DNA of 64,000 bases from Alphaproteobacteria bacterium. Lineage in GTDB: Bacteria > Pseudomonadota > Alphaproteobacteria > GM7ARS4 > G965262615. The stretch is taken from positions 128,001 through 192,000 of the forward strand of contig OZ253545.1 of assembly GCA_965262615.1 (NCBI GenBank). The letters are read 5' to 3'. Under the pieces are notes generated by a model. The model was not told the origin of the DNA. It did not search any database and saw nothing but the letters and a program-made list of their open reading frames with translations. The position numbers were made by a program, and so were the translations under genes. Shown one piece after another: positions 52,043-62,211 of the stretch (position 1 is the stretch's first letter; each line of letters opens with the position of its first letter).

Positions 52043-52435
52043 ATGATGCGAGATGAGGTCAACAGCGACACTGGGCAAGACACCGTCATTGATGCACCCT
52101 TGCATGTGCTGGGTTACACTGATGAGGACGGTCTGTGGTGGGCACACGCGCTGGAGGTGGATTTGTTGGGACACGGCGATACTTTTGCCGAGGCTCTGCA
52201 GTGCCTCAAGGGTGTGCTCCAAGCCCACTTTGAATATGTCCATGTCAAAGGCATGGAAGATGCTTTGGCTCACCGAGCCGAGGCAAAGTATTGGCGGATG
52301 TTTTACAATGCCAGCAAGCCACGCATTATTGTGCAAGGGGAAAAAATCAAAGACCCGACATATCATGCGGTGGCTATTTCGCAACCCACCATTGACCCCA
52401 ACGAGGAAATTGTGTTTGAACCCGACCTTGATTAG
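52043..52435 (+). CDS. HicB-like antitoxin, copy 3
   Basis: Close paralogue; alternative start 52034. Confidence 0.75.
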   Translation: MMRDEVNSDTGQDTVIDAPLHVLGYTDEDGLWWAHALEVDLLGHGDTFAEALQCLKGVLQAHFEYVHVKGMEDALAHRAEAKYWRMFYNASKPRIIVQGEKIKDPTYHAVAISQPTIDPNEEIVFEPDLD

Positions 52436-52463
52436 CTTCTTTTAATTTGACGGAATTAATCTC

Positions 52464-52691
52464 ATGAAAAGAACATACCGATGGAGCGAATTGCGTAAAA
52501 TTTTGTGCAAGCACGATCGCCGATTTGAATTTGACAAAGGAAGAGGGAAGGGTAGCCACCGTACCATTCGTCATCCCGATTTCAAGAAGCCCTACACCAT
52601 TCCATGCCCTCGCGGTGACAAATCAGTCATCAGCAAAATTTATCTTAATCGTATCAAAAAGCGTTTCAATTTGCCAGACGATTTGCTGTAA
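52464..52691 (+). CDS. HicA-like toxin, copy 2
   Basis: RGKGSHRTIRHP..YTIPC. Confidence 0.82.
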   Translation: MKRTYRWSELRKILCKHDRRFEFDKGRGKGSHRTIRHPDFKKPYTIPCPRGDKSVISKIYLNRIKKRFNLPDDLL

Positions 52692-52811
52692 GAATTGAGC
52701 AGGGCGACCGTGAGAAGTTCGCCTCATTGATTGTCATCGCAAAGCGCGCCATAAGGTCATCAACAGCAATAGTCTTGCGCGAAACGCGACTTTTCCCATA
52801 TAATGGATTCC

Positions 52812-53204
52812 ATGATGCGGGATGAAGTCAATAGCGACACCAAGCAAGACACCGTCATTGATGCGCCGTTGCATGTGCTGGGCTATACTGATGAGGACGG
52901 TCTGTGGTGGGCACACGCGCTGGAGGTGGATTTGTTGGGACACGGCGATACTTTTGCCGAGGCTCTGCAATGCCTCAAAGGTGCACTGCAAATCTATTTT
53001 GAATATGCCTATGTAGAAAAAAAGGAAGACTCTTTGGCTCACCGAGCCGAAGCAAAATATTGGCGGATGTTTTACAATGCCAGCAAGCCCCGCATTATGG
53101 TGCAAGGGAAAAAAACCCAAAATCCTGAGTATCATGCGGTGATTATTCCACAACCCACCATTGATCCCAACGAGGAAATCATTTTTGATCCCATACTTGA
53201 TTAA
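52812..53204 (+). CDS. HicB-like antitoxin, copy 4
   Basis: Close paralogue; alternative start 52803. Confidence 0.75.
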   Translation: MMRDEVNSDTKQDTVIDAPLHVLGYTDEDGLWWAHALEVDLLGHGDTFAEALQCLKGALQIYFEYAYVEKKEDSLAHRAEAKYWRMFYNASKPRIMVQGKKTQNPEYHAVIIPQPTIDPNEEIIFDPILD

Positions 53205-53223
53205 TTTGTTGGGAATTAATCTC

Positions 53224-53460
53224 ATGAAAAAAACATACCGATGGAGCGAATTGCGTAAAATCCTACGCAAATACGATTCCCGTTTTGAATTTAGTAACAG
53301 AAGAGGCAAGGGCAGCCACGCCTATATTAGTCATCCCGACATCAATGGCAAAAAGAAGAGATACGCCATTCCGTGTCCTCGCGGGGACAAATCAGTCATC
53401 AGCAAAGTGTACCTTAATCGTATCAAAAAGCGTTTCAATTTACCAGATGATTTGCTATAA
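53224..53460 (+). CDS. HicA-like toxin, copy 3
   Basis: [17 protein letters not shown]. Confidence 0.82.
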   Translation: MKKTYRWSELRKILRKYDSRFEFSNRRGKGSHAYISHPDINGKKKRYAIPCPRGDKSVISKVYLNRIKKRFNLPDDLL

Positions 53461-53470
53461 GGATGGCGTT

Positions 53471-53746
53471 ATGAAAAAAGACATTCATCCCGCCTATCAC
53501 ACCATCACGGTGCAGATGACCGATGGCACATCTTTTGCCACGCGCTCCACCTGGGGCAAGGAAGGCGACACCCTGAAGCTGGAGGTGGATCGCCTCAGCC
53601 ATCCGGCATGGACGCAAGGCTCACGCAAACTGGTGGACAGTGGCGGACGAGTCGCCCGCTTTAAGCAACGCTTCAAAGGCATCGGCTCACTGGATGAATC
53701 CGCCAGTGATGCCAAACAAAACGCCAAAAAAGAACCCAAAAAGTGA
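53471..53746 (+). CDS. rpmE: 50S ribosomal protein L31 (zinc-free type)
   Basis: [30 protein letters not shown]. Confidence 0.96.
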   Translation: MKKDIHPAYHTITVQMTDGTSFATRSTWGKEGDTLKLEVDRLSHPAWTQGSRKLVDSGGRVARFKQRFKGIGSLDESASDAKQNAKKEPKK

Positions 53747-54747
53747 CCGCCCCGCCGCAAGTCTGTGATGCCATCCTCGTGCAAGGGGACGGCGCAACGC
53801 CCCATTGCCTCACGATTGGCAGCATTCCGTGTCCGCAGCCGCAAGAGGGCGAGGTGCTGATTAGAGTGGCGGCGGCGGGAGTCAATGGCGCAGACATTTT
53901 ACAGCGGCAAGGGCTCTATCCCCCGCCGCCCCATGCCAGTGACATCATGGGGCTGGAGGCAGCAGGAACGGTGGCGGCTCTTGGTGACGGCGTCACATCC
54001 CTCACGGTGGGAAGCCGCGTCTGTGCCATTCTCACGGGCGGAGGCTATGCCGCCTATTGCACCGCGCCCGCCGTGCAGTGTCTGCCCATCCCTCAAGGCT
54101 GGAGTGATGCGGAAGCCGCCTGCATCCCCGAGACTTTCTTTACCGCTTGGTCTAACCTCATTGATCGCGCCCACCTCACAGAGGGCAAATCGGTGCTCAT
54201 TCACGGCGGTGCAGGCGGCGTGGGAACGGCTGCCATTCAAATCGCTCGTGCCATCAAAGCTGGCACCATCATCGCCACCGCACGAGGTGACGAAAAGTGT
54301 CAATTTTGTCGCCAGCTGGGGGCTCATCACGCCATTGATTATGAACAACATGACTTTGTCGCCGCCGTCAAAGACATCATGCAGGGCGCGGGCGTGGATG
54401 TCATTCTTGATATCGTGGGCGGCGATTATGTGGCGCGCAACATCCGCTGCCTTGCCAAAGACGGCACACTGGTGCACATCGCCTTTCGCAAAGGCTCTGA
54501 AGTGACCCTCAACCTCATGCCCATGATGCTCAAACGCCTGACGCTCACGGGTTCTACCTTGCGTATTCGCCCCCCGTCATTCAAGGGGGCGATTGCCGCC
54601 GCGGTGCAAAAGAACTTGTGGCATCATTTGGAGGCGCGCGCCATTAATCCGTGTTTGGATGTGACCTTTCCTTTGGCTGAGGCGGGACACGCTCATGAGC
54701 GGATGGAAAAAAGTTTGCATAAAGGCAAAATAATCCTTACTCTTTAG
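53743..54747 (+). CDS. NAD(P)H-quinone oxidoreductase (PIG3-like MDR family)
   Basis: [33 protein letters not shown]. Confidence 0.93.
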   Translation: MTAPPQVCDAILVQGDGATPHCLTIGSIPCPQPQEGEVLIRVAAAGVNGADILQRQGLYPPPPHASDIMGLEAAGTVAALGDGVTSLTVGSRVCAILTGGGYAAYCTAPAVQCLPIPQGWSDAEAACIPETFFTAWSNLIDRAHLTEGKSVLIHGGAGGVGTAAIQIARAIKAGTIIATARGDEKCQFCRQLGAHHAIDYEQHDFVAAVKDIMQGAGVDVILDIVGGDYVARNIRCLAKDGTLVHIAFRKGSEVTLNLMPMMLKRLTLTGSTLRIRPPSFKGAIAAAVQKNLWHHLEARAINPCLDVTFPLAEAGHAHERMEKSLHKGKIILTL

Positions 54748-54776
54748 TCAAGGGACAAATCTAATGGAGACTTTTC

Positions 54777-55343
54777 ATGGTTCAACCCCTCATGCCTCAA
54801 GCCACCGCCGTCTGGCTCATTGACAACAGCGCACTGACTTTCAAACAAATTGCCGATTTTGTCGGCATGCACGAGCTGGAAATTCAAGCCATTGCCGATG
54901 GCGAGATTCACGCCCACATTGTGCCTGCCAATCCCATTGAGCAAAAACAGCTCACCGCCGATGAAATCACTCGCTGCGAGGCGGATGCCTCCGCCTCGCT
55001 CGCCTTGCGAGAAGAAGCCAAGCAAGCATTGTCGGCGAAAAAACAGGGACGCTACACGCCCATTTCCCGCCGCCGTGATAAAATCAATGCCATTGCGTGG
55101 CTCATTCAGTTTCAAAAAGATCTCAGTGATGGTGATATTTGTGAAATCGTGCAGACCACTCGTGTCACCATCAAGTCGGTGCGGGATGGCTCGCACTGGG
55201 ATCATGACAACATTGAGGCGCGTCATCCCGTTGAAGTGGGATTGGTCAGTCGCGCCCAGTATGATGCCTTTTTGCATGGACGCGCCGCCAATCCAACAAG
55301 GCGCGGCAGAAAGAAAAAAGAAGTCACCGTGACGGAAGAATAA
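54777..55343 (+). CDS. DUF1013 family (TrcR-like) protein
   Basis: PLMP.ATAVWL.DN..L.F.QIADF, YTP.S.R.D, HW...I....PV..GL. Confidence 0.9.
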   Translation: MVQPLMPQATAVWLIDNSALTFKQIADFVGMHELEIQAIADGEIHAHIVPANPIEQKQLTADEITRCEADASASLALREEAKQALSAKKQGRYTPISRRRDKINAIAWLIQFQKDLSDGDICEIVQTTRVTIKSVRDGSHWDHDNIEARHPVEVGLVSRAQYDAFLHGRAANPTRRGRKKKEVTVTEE

Positions 55344-55576
55344 TGAGCATTTTTGAAGGATTCGTGATTTACATCGTGCTGTGGTGGGTGATTTTCTTCA
55401 TGACACTGCCCCTGCGCTTTGAGTCGCAATCGCGTCCGCAAAAGGGACACGCCGAGAGCGCACCCACCAATCCTCGCATCGGCTTTAAGATGGCACTCAC
55501 ATCCGCCATCGCGTTGATTGTGTGGCTGGTGGTGTATGCCGTCATTGAGGCGGATGTGTATTCCTTTTATGAATGA
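55343..55576 (+). CDS. DUF1467 family membrane protein
   Basis: Y...WW..FF..LP..G...SAP..P. Confidence 0.88.
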   Translation: MSIFEGFVIYIVLWWVIFFMTLPLRFESQSRPQKGHAESAPTNPRIGFKMALTSAIALIVWLVVYAVIEADVYSFYE

Positions 55577-56153
55577 TTATTGCGACCGCGCCTTTGACCA
55601 TCCATTGCACCGTCAATGCCATGATGAGTCCTACGGCTTTCCCGTGAGCGATGACCGCGTGTTGTATGGGCGATTGTTGTTTGAGATTTTTCAGGCGGGG
55701 CTTAACTGGCTGCTGATTTTACAAAAAGCCGAAGCTCTGCAGCGCGCCTTTGCCGATTTTGATTACGACACGGTGGCTCAGTGGGGCGACACACAACACG
55801 CCCAATTGATGACCAACAAAGACATCATTCGCAATCGCCGCAAAATTCAGGCGGCGATGGATAATGCCCGCAGCGTGGTGGCGTTGCGCGCTGAGTGGGG
55901 GTCTTTTAAGAACTGGCTGGATGCCCATCACCCGCAAGATTTGGATGATTGGGTGGTGTTGTTTCGCCAGAATTTTGTCATGACAGGGCAGATTGTGGTG
56001 CATGAATTTTTGATGAGCACCGGATACCTCAAGGGCGCGCATCGCGATGACTGCCCCATTCAGAAAAAAATCATTACCCTCAACCCGCCGTGGCTACAGG
56101 CAGAAGCATCGTCTCTTGACACGCCTACCAAAAAAAGTAAATTCGCCCAATGA
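55569..56153 (+). CDS. tag: DNA-3-methyladenine glycosylase I
   Basis: HD..YG.PV.DD, E.FQAGL.W, IIRNR.KI.A...NA, FLMS.G...GAH...C. Confidence 0.93.
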   Translation: MNDYCDRAFDHPLHRQCHDESYGFPVSDDRVLYGRLLFEIFQAGLNWLLILQKAEALQRAFADFDYDTVAQWGDTQHAQLMTNKDIIRNRRKIQAAMDNARSVVALRAEWGSFKNWLDAHHPQDLDDWVVLFRQNFVMTGQIVVHEFLMSTGYLKGAHRDDCPIQKKIITLNPPWLQAEASSLDTPTKKSKFAQ

Positions 56154-57301
56154 ATAAAAAGGATTACAAAATCTTCGAGGGCGTAAACATCAAGGGGATA
56201 GCTGGTCTTCACGGCGATCTGAAAGATGGGAATCCTGCTCAGGAAAAATTACGCGATTATTTAGCTGGCTGTAATATTGAAACATTAAAAAGGCACGCTG
56301 AAGAGTGTCTTGAAGAGAAATTTGATGGATGCGGTTTTGTTCTGCAAGACATTGTCAACACACTGGCAAAACGCCTTGATTTAGAGGTAGTGCATGGTCG
56401 CTATAACCGTGCATCAAAAAAAGAAAACAACGGCTTTGATGGAATGTGGAAAACACACGACCATGATTTTGTGGTGGAAGTCAAAAAAGTAGACGACTTC
56501 AGCATGAACTTGGAAAACTTTGTTAAATACAGAGACCAGCTTTTACAAGAAGGAAGGATAGACAGTAAAAATCATTCGTTTCTATTAGTCGTGGGAGATA
56601 TGAAAAAAGGAGCTTTTGTAGCACAAGTCAAAGGAGACCTGAAAAGAGCTGGTGACACACGCATCATCACTGTGGAATCTTTGATTCAATTGGTGGAATT
56701 GAAAATGAAAGAGCTGCCTGGGCTTAATCCAGATTATTTTTGCGAAATTCTGAAACCTATTGACTACACTCGCGTGGATGGTCTTGTCACATTGCTGGAT
56801 AACATTGTATCCGATACAGCTGAGGCAGAAGAAGATAACATCCAAGAAATGGAACAAAACAAACAAAAAACAAAAAGTCATCGCCAAACAAACGATGACC
56901 ATCACAATAAAATTTTTACAACGATAGAAACAAAAACGGGCGGAAATCTTGAGAAAAAAGGAAGAGCTCGTTTTGAAAATTCTAAAACGGGAGAGCTCTT
57001 TTTCATTTTGTTTTCAAGAGAATACGAACATAAAAAAAATGCTCGTTATTGGTATGCATACGACCCTTCCCAAGAAGGTAACTTTTTGGCTCTTTGCACA
57101 AAAGAGCCAAGGGATTGGTTTTACCTAATCCCAACAGAAACAATTAAAGGTTTAATCAATGAAGGTAAGCTATCTCTTACAGACAAAAAGAAACTTTGTA
57201 ATATCCATATTGAGATTAGTAACGGACAATCAAAGATGAGGCTCAAAAAAGGTCACGGCGAGGAAGACATAGAACAGTATAAGGTTTCTCTGGTTTCGTG
57301 A
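56150..57301 (+). CDS. putative PD-(D/E)XK restriction-endonuclease-like protein
   Basis: LQDIVN.L...L, GFDGMW..FVVEVKK catalytic-like motif; AT-rich insert. Confidence 0.7.
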   Translation: MNKKDYKIFEGVNIKGIAGLHGDLKDGNPAQEKLRDYLAGCNIETLKRHAEECLEEKFDGCGFVLQDIVNTLAKRLDLEVVHGRYNRASKKENNGFDGMWKTHDHDFVVEVKKVDDFSMNLENFVKYRDQLLQEGRIDSKNHSFLLVVGDMKKGAFVAQVKGDLKRAGDTRIITVESLIQLVELKMKELPGLNPDYFCEILKPIDYTRVDGLVTLLDNIVSDTAEAEEDNIQEMEQNKQKTKSHRQTNDDHHNKIFTTIETKTGGNLEKKGRARFENSKTGELFFILFSREYEHKKNARYWYAYDPSQEGNFLALCTKEPRDWFYLIPTETIKGLINEGKLSLTDKKKLCNIHIEISNGQSKMRLKKGHGEEDIEQYKVSLVS

Positions 57302-57364
57302 GTCAAAACAATCCCTTGATTACTCCTCGCAATCATGCCATATTATTGGTCAAGGAGAGATGCC

Positions 57365-57604
57365 ATGCAGGAAAATCAAGGAAAGGTCACCATGCTGGAA
57401 ATTTCCAATCGGTTGGGAATTTTGGAACAAAAATCCGATGATTTTGGTCGCGCCATTGTCTCATTAGAGGAGCGAATCAAACAGACAGCCACAAAAGAAG
57501 ACCTTGCCCAATTGGAGGCGCGCATCTGGCGCACACTGTGGCAACAAAATGTGTTTCTGGTGGTGACCATCGGCGCGACGCTTATTGGTCTTTCTTCTTT
57601 TTAG
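57365..57604 (+). CDS. small coiled-coil protein with C-terminal membrane anchor (DUF1640/CCDC90-like)
   Basis: AAGGAG RBS, heptads, ATKEDL..LE.R motif, hydrophobic tail. Confidence 0.65.
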   Translation: MQENQGKVTMLEISNRLGILEQKSDDFGRAIVSLEERIKQTATKEDLAQLEARIWRTLWQQNVFLVVTIGATLIGLSSF

Positions 57605-57625
57605 TCGCCATGCCTTTTTGCTCAG

Positions 57626-58921
57626 ATGAAACTGAGCCGTTACTTTCTTCCCACTTTGCGTGAGCAACCCGCCGATGCGGTGATGGTGTCGCATCGGCTC
57701 ATGCTGCGGGCGGGGCTCATTACTCAAGAGACGGCAGGCATTTATTCGTGGTTGCCGTTGGGTTTGCGGGTGCTGCAAAAAATAGAAGCCCTGATTCGCC
57801 GTCAGCACGAGTCCTTTGGCATCACCGAGTTGCTCATGCCCACCCTGCAGCCCAGCGAGCTGTGGCAAGAGTCTGGACGCTACGACAACTACGGCGAGGA
57901 AATGCTGCGAATCACCGACCGCCACCAACGAACGCTGATTTATGGCCCCACCAATGAAGAAATGATCACCGCCATCGCCAAACGCTTCATCACCAGCTAC
58001 AAACAATTACCGCAATTGCTGTATCATATTCAGTGGAAGTTTCGTGATGAAATTCGCCCCCGTTTTGGCGTGATGCGGGGCAGAGAGTTTCTCATGAAAG
58101 ATGCCTATTCCTTCGCCCTCACCCAAGACCAAGCCACAGAACAGTACGAGACCATGCTGTGCTGTTACCTTGCGATTTTTGCCGCAATGGGACTCAAAGC
58201 CATCCCTGCTCAAGCACCCAGTGGCCCCATCGGCGGCACGATGAGTCACGAATTTCATATTTTGGCGAAAAGTGGGGAATCCACCCTGTTCTACGATAGA
58301 GAACACGATAAACTAACCCCCGATGATGACCCCAAACGCCACCTCACCCTCTATGCGTGCGAGGAAGAACTGCACGATGACACAAACGCCCCGAGCGAGA
58401 ACATCATCAAAAAACGCGCCATTGAGGCGGGGCATATTTTCTATTTTGGTGACCAATACAGCCGCGCCATGAATTTCACCATCACCACGCACGATGGCAA
58501 CACAATGCATCCGTTGATGGGCTCGTACGGCATCGGCATCTCTCGCCTTGTTGCCGCCTCCATTGAAGCCAGTCATGACGCAAACGGCATCATTTGGCAT
58601 CCCACCATCGCTCCCTTCACGGTGGCACTCATCAATGTGAAGCAAGGCGATGCACAATGCGATGAGCTCAGTGATGCCATCTATCAAAACCTACAAAGCT
58701 TAAAAAATCGTGCCATTGACACCCTCTATGATGACCGAGCGATGCGCGCTGGCGTCAAATTCGCGGATATGGATCTCATCGGCATCCCCCTTCGCATCAT
58801 CGTGGGGCCTCGCCATGCTCAAGAAAACAGCGTGGAGGTTAAATGGCGCGCGAGTGGCAAAACCGCCATCTGCCCGGTGGCATCTCTTGGAGATTATCTC
58901 AATGAGCATCTCTCTTGTTGA
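57626..58921 (+). CDS. proS: proline--tRNA ligase
   Basis: SHRLMLRAG, GPTNEE, KFRDEIRPRFG.MRGREF.MKD.YSF, MGSYGIG.SR. Confidence 0.97.
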   Translation: MKLSRYFLPTLREQPADAVMVSHRLMLRAGLITQETAGIYSWLPLGLRVLQKIEALIRRQHESFGITELLMPTLQPSELWQESGRYDNYGEEMLRITDRHQRTLIYGPTNEEMITAIAKRFITSYKQLPQLLYHIQWKFRDEIRPRFGVMRGREFLMKDAYSFALTQDQATEQYETMLCCYLAIFAAMGLKAIPAQAPSGPIGGTMSHEFHILAKSGESTLFYDREHDKLTPDDDPKRHLTLYACEEELHDDTNAPSENIIKKRAIEAGHIFYFGDQYSRAMNFTITTHDGNTMHPLMGSYGIGISRLVAASIEASHDANGIIWHPTIAPFTVALINVKQGDAQCDELSDAIYQNLQSLKNRAIDTLYDDRAMRAGVKFADMDLIGIPLRIIVGPRHAQENSVEVKWRASGKTAICPVASLGDYLNEHLSC

Positions 58922-60146
58922 GTGGCGCATTGCGCGCCGTTATTTGTGGTCCCGCAAGAATGAGGGATTTTTATCGCTGGTGGTCACCTTTGCCATGGTG
59001 GGCATCGGGCTGGGAGTTGCCACACTGATTGTGGTGATGGCGGTGATGAACGGCTTTCGCTCCGAACTGATGACTCGTATTCTCGGCATGAACGGTCATG
59101 CCATGGTGCATATGAGTCGCGCCATTGACCCCGCCACCATGCGCACACGACTGACGCAAATGCCCATCGTGGAACAAGCCACCCCCATCATTGATGGACA
59201 AGCCATCATCAACCATCACGGACAGCATCATGGGGTGATGGTGCGCGGCATTGATTTTACCGACCTCGCAAACAACCATTTTCTCAAGGAAACATTCGCC
59301 GCGCCTCTCGTGCCTGACACCGATGCGTCATCCATCGTCATTGGGGCAACGCTGGCGACACTGCTGAATGTTAATGTGGGTGATGAGGTCACCCTTATTT
59401 CGCCGCAATCGGTCAGCACGCTGCTGGGAGGATTGCCGCGCATGAAACGCTACCGCATTGCCAACATCTTCACATCGGACATGCATCACTACGACCGCCA
59501 GCTGATTTTTATGCCCCTTGACCAAGCCACCGGATTTTTTCGCAAAAACCATGCCGACTATTTGGAATTGCGTCTGACCGACCCATTTCTGCCCGACCAA
59601 AGCAAGGGTGAGATGCGGATGCGCTTGCTGGATGTGCCGTTGGTGCGCATCACCGACTGGCGCGATCATCACGGAGCGTTGTTCTCGGCACTGGCGGTGG
59701 AAAGGCGAGTGATGTTTCTCATTTTGATGCTGATTATTTTGACCGCCGTCTTCAACATTATCACGGGACTCTCCATTCTGGTGCGAGACAAAGAGCGCGA
59801 GGTCGCCATTTTACGCACCATCGGCATGACGCGAGGTGGCATTTTGCGGATTTTTATCGTGCATGGCATGACCATCGGTGTCATTGGCACGGTGGTGGGC
59901 GGCGGCTTGGGGCTGGCATTTGCCCTGCATATTGAAACCATTCGCCAAAGTCTTGAGGCATTGTTTGGCATGCCGCTTTTTCCGCAAGAGATTTATTTTC
60001 TCTCCACGATTCCTTCAGACCCGCAAGTGGGCGAGACGGCGTTGGTGGTGGGAATGTCGTTGTTTTTTTCATTTCTTGCCAGTTATTATCCTGCGTGGCG
60101 GGCGGCATCCCTTGCGCCGGCACAGACCCTCTCCATGCACCGATGA
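58902..60146 (+). CDS. lipoprotein-releasing ABC transporter permease (LolC/E)
   Basis: IARRYL, GI.LGVA.LI.V.AVMNGF, ILRT.G, YPA.RAA...PA. Confidence 0.94.
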   Translation: MSISLVEWRIARRYLWSRKNEGFLSLVVTFAMVGIGLGVATLIVVMAVMNGFRSELMTRILGMNGHAMVHMSRAIDPATMRTRLTQMPIVEQATPIIDGQAIINHHGQHHGVMVRGIDFTDLANNHFLKETFAAPLVPDTDASSIVIGATLATLLNVNVGDEVTLISPQSVSTLLGGLPRMKRYRIANIFTSDMHHYDRQLIFMPLDQATGFFRKNHADYLELRLTDPFLPDQSKGEMRMRLLDVPLVRITDWRDHHGALFSALAVERRVMFLILMLIILTAVFNIITGLSILVRDKEREVAILRTIGMTRGGILRIFIVHGMTIGVIGTVVGGGLGLAFALHIETIRQSLEALFGMPLFPQEIYFLSTIPSDPQVGETALVVGMSLFFSFLASYYPAWRAASLAPAQTLSMHR

Positions 60147-60841
60147 CACAGCCCCTCATCACCCTCAAGCATATTCAAAAAAGCTTTCGTCAAGGTGGCG
60201 AGAATATTCATGTGCTGCGGGACATCAATCTGTCTCTTGCCAAAGGCACAATGAACGCCCTGCTGGGGCCTTCGGGAGCGGGAAAATCCACCCTGCTGCA
60301 TATTGTGGGGCTGCTGGAATCTCCCAATCACGGCAGCATGACCATTGAGCGTCATTCTGCATTGTCTTTTGATGATGCCGCGCGCACCGCATTGCGTCGG
60401 CATTTTTTTGGATTTGTCTATCAGTATCACCATCTATTGAGCGAATTCAGCGCGCTGGAAAATGTCATGCTGCCGTCTTTGTTGAACGGAGTCTCGCACC
60501 CCACAGCTCGCAAGCGCGCCACCACCATGCTCACCCAATTGAGCTGCCAGCATCGCCTTCATCACATGCCCTCGCAGCTATCGGGAGGCGAGCAACAACG
60601 AGTGGCATTGGCGCGCGGGCTGTGTCATGAGCCCACCGTTCTGATTGCCGATGAACCAACCGGCAATCTGGATGGTGACACCGCCGCCACCGTTTTTGAT
60701 GTGCTCTTGCATCATGTCAAACGGCATCAGCTCACCGTTTTGGTTGCCACCCACAACAGAAGTTTGGCACATCAGTGCGACCATTTGTATCAATTGCAAA
60801 AAGGTCAATTGGCGCGCCTCAGCGCGAATAATACTCAATGA
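60143..60841 (+). CDS. lolD: lipoprotein-releasing ABC transporter ATP-binding protein
   Basis: [38 protein letters not shown]. Confidence 0.94.
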   Translation: MTQPLITLKHIQKSFRQGGENIHVLRDINLSLAKGTMNALLGPSGAGKSTLLHIVGLLESPNHGSMTIERHSALSFDDAARTALRRHFFGFVYQYHHLLSEFSALENVMLPSLLNGVSHPTARKRATTMLTQLSCQHRLHHMPSQLSGGEQQRVALARGLCHEPTVLIADEPTGNLDGDTAATVFDVLLHHVKRHQLTVLVATHNRSLAHQCDHLYQLQKGQLARLSANNTQ

Positions 60842-61442
60842 CGAGACTGGGCTCCATCGTCACGGCATAGGGAATTTCCTCCAGTGACTGCGGAATATGA
60901 AGGAATGTTCCTTTGAGACGGTCAAAATCCACCTGCAAATAATCGGGCACATCGCGCTCTTCGGACGACATGGCTTCCAGCACCATGGGAATCTCGCGCG
61001 ACCGCTGCCGCACCTCAATGACATCGTTGGGGCGCACCATATACGAAGGACGATCCACCTTCTTGCCATTGACGGTGACATGACCGTGATTCACCAACTG
61101 ACGCGCGGCAAACACGGTGGGCACAAATTTCATGCGATACACCACGCTGGCAAGGCGGCGTTCCAACAAGCCGATGAGGTTTTTGCCGGTGTCACCCTTC
61201 AAACGCTTGGCTTCACGATAGAGGCGTTTCATCTGTTTTTCCGACAAAGTGCCGTAGTAGCCTTTGAGTCTTTGTTTGGCTCTGAGTTGCTGTCCGTAGT
61301 CGGAGATTTTACCGCCGCGCCGCATGGGCCCGTGTTGTCCTGGCCCGTATTCGCGCCGATTGAACGGGCTTTTGGGTCGTCCCCACAGATTGACTTTGAG
61401 CCGTCTGTCTATTTTATGTTTTGCCTGAATGCGTTTGGTCAT
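60819..61442 (-). CDS. rpsD: 30S ribosomal protein S4
   Basis: [37 protein letters not shown]. Confidence 0.98.
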   Translation of the reverse strand: MTKRIQAKHKIDRRLKVNLWGRPKSPFNRREYGPGQHGPMRRGGKISDYGQQLRAKQRLKGYYGTLSEKQMKRLYREAKRLKGDTGKNLIGLLERRLASVVYRMKFVPTVFAARQLVNHGHVTVNGKKVDRPSYMVRPNDVIEVRQRSREIPMVLEAMSSEERDVPDYLQVDFDRLKGTFLHIPQSLEEIPYAVTMEPSLVIEYYSR

Positions 61443-62211
61443 GGTCTTTTGTCGTAAAGAGCTGCGGCTTTGGTGTCAAGCTGTGATTGTGCGCCAGCGC
61501 GCGCATCACGCCGTGCCACATGTGAGCCTCGTCTTCGGTCAATTGCGCCTTCCACAGACAATGACGCAAGCGATGGCGACAGCGTTCCTCTTTGGTGTCG
61601 CCCTGCAAAAATCCCACATGGCGAAGCGACTGCTCCAGCAACCCAAACAATGCCTGCATGGTGGCGTGACGAGCCGGCTCACGGTCATTGAGCTGGACAT
61701 CAACGGGCGGGGACTCTTCCAGCACCGCCAGCCGCCATTCATAGGCAATGAGCAGAACCGCTTGAGCCAGATTGAGAGAACGCCGTCCTTGCTCCAGTGG
61801 CACAGAAACAATGGCTTCGGCAAGGGATATATCCTCGTTTTCTAATCCCGATGCCTCACAGCCAAACAACACGCCCAGCCGTCTGCCCTTGTGACTTTGT
61901 TCCATCATGTAACGCGCCGCGTTCCGCGGCGTCATGACGGGACGCTCCAAGTGACGAATTCGTGCCGTCGTCGCAAGACAACCATGAACATCGGCGAGTG
62001 CCGCACCCGTCGTATCGCAAATGGTCATGGATTCCACCAGTGGCTTTGCCATCATGGCAAGGGCACGAGCGCGATCATAATCCAAATCATGACGCGGTGA
62101 CACCAACCGCAAATCATCCAACCCGCAATTATACATGGCGCGAGCAGATGCTCCCACATTCTCACCCAATTGCGGCTTCACCAAAACGATGGCTGGAAAC
62201 GGTGGGGTCAT
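61414..62211 (-). CDS. TrmJ/LasT-family RNA methyltransferase (SPOUT)
   Basis: [29 protein letters not shown]. Confidence 0.92.
   Translation of the reverse strand: MTPPFPAIVLVKPQLGENVGASARAMYNCGLDDLRLVSPRHDLDYDRARALAMMAKPLVESMTICDTTGAALADVHGCLATTARIRHLERPVMTPRNAARYMMEQSHKGRRLGVLFGCEASGLENEDISLAEAIVSVPLEQGRRSLNLAQAVLLIAYEWRLAVLEESPPVDVQLNDREPARHATMQALFGLLEQSLRHVGFLQGDTKEERCRHRLRHCLWKAQLTEDEAHMWHGVMRALAHNHSLTPKPQLFTTKDHDQTHSGKT

Noticed and set aside
49030-53460. Array as an integron, DGR or CRISPR-like cassette system
   Set aside because: No integrase, reverse transcriptase or cas gene; no attC-like or regularly spaced short repeats; the tyrA remnant points to tandem duplication
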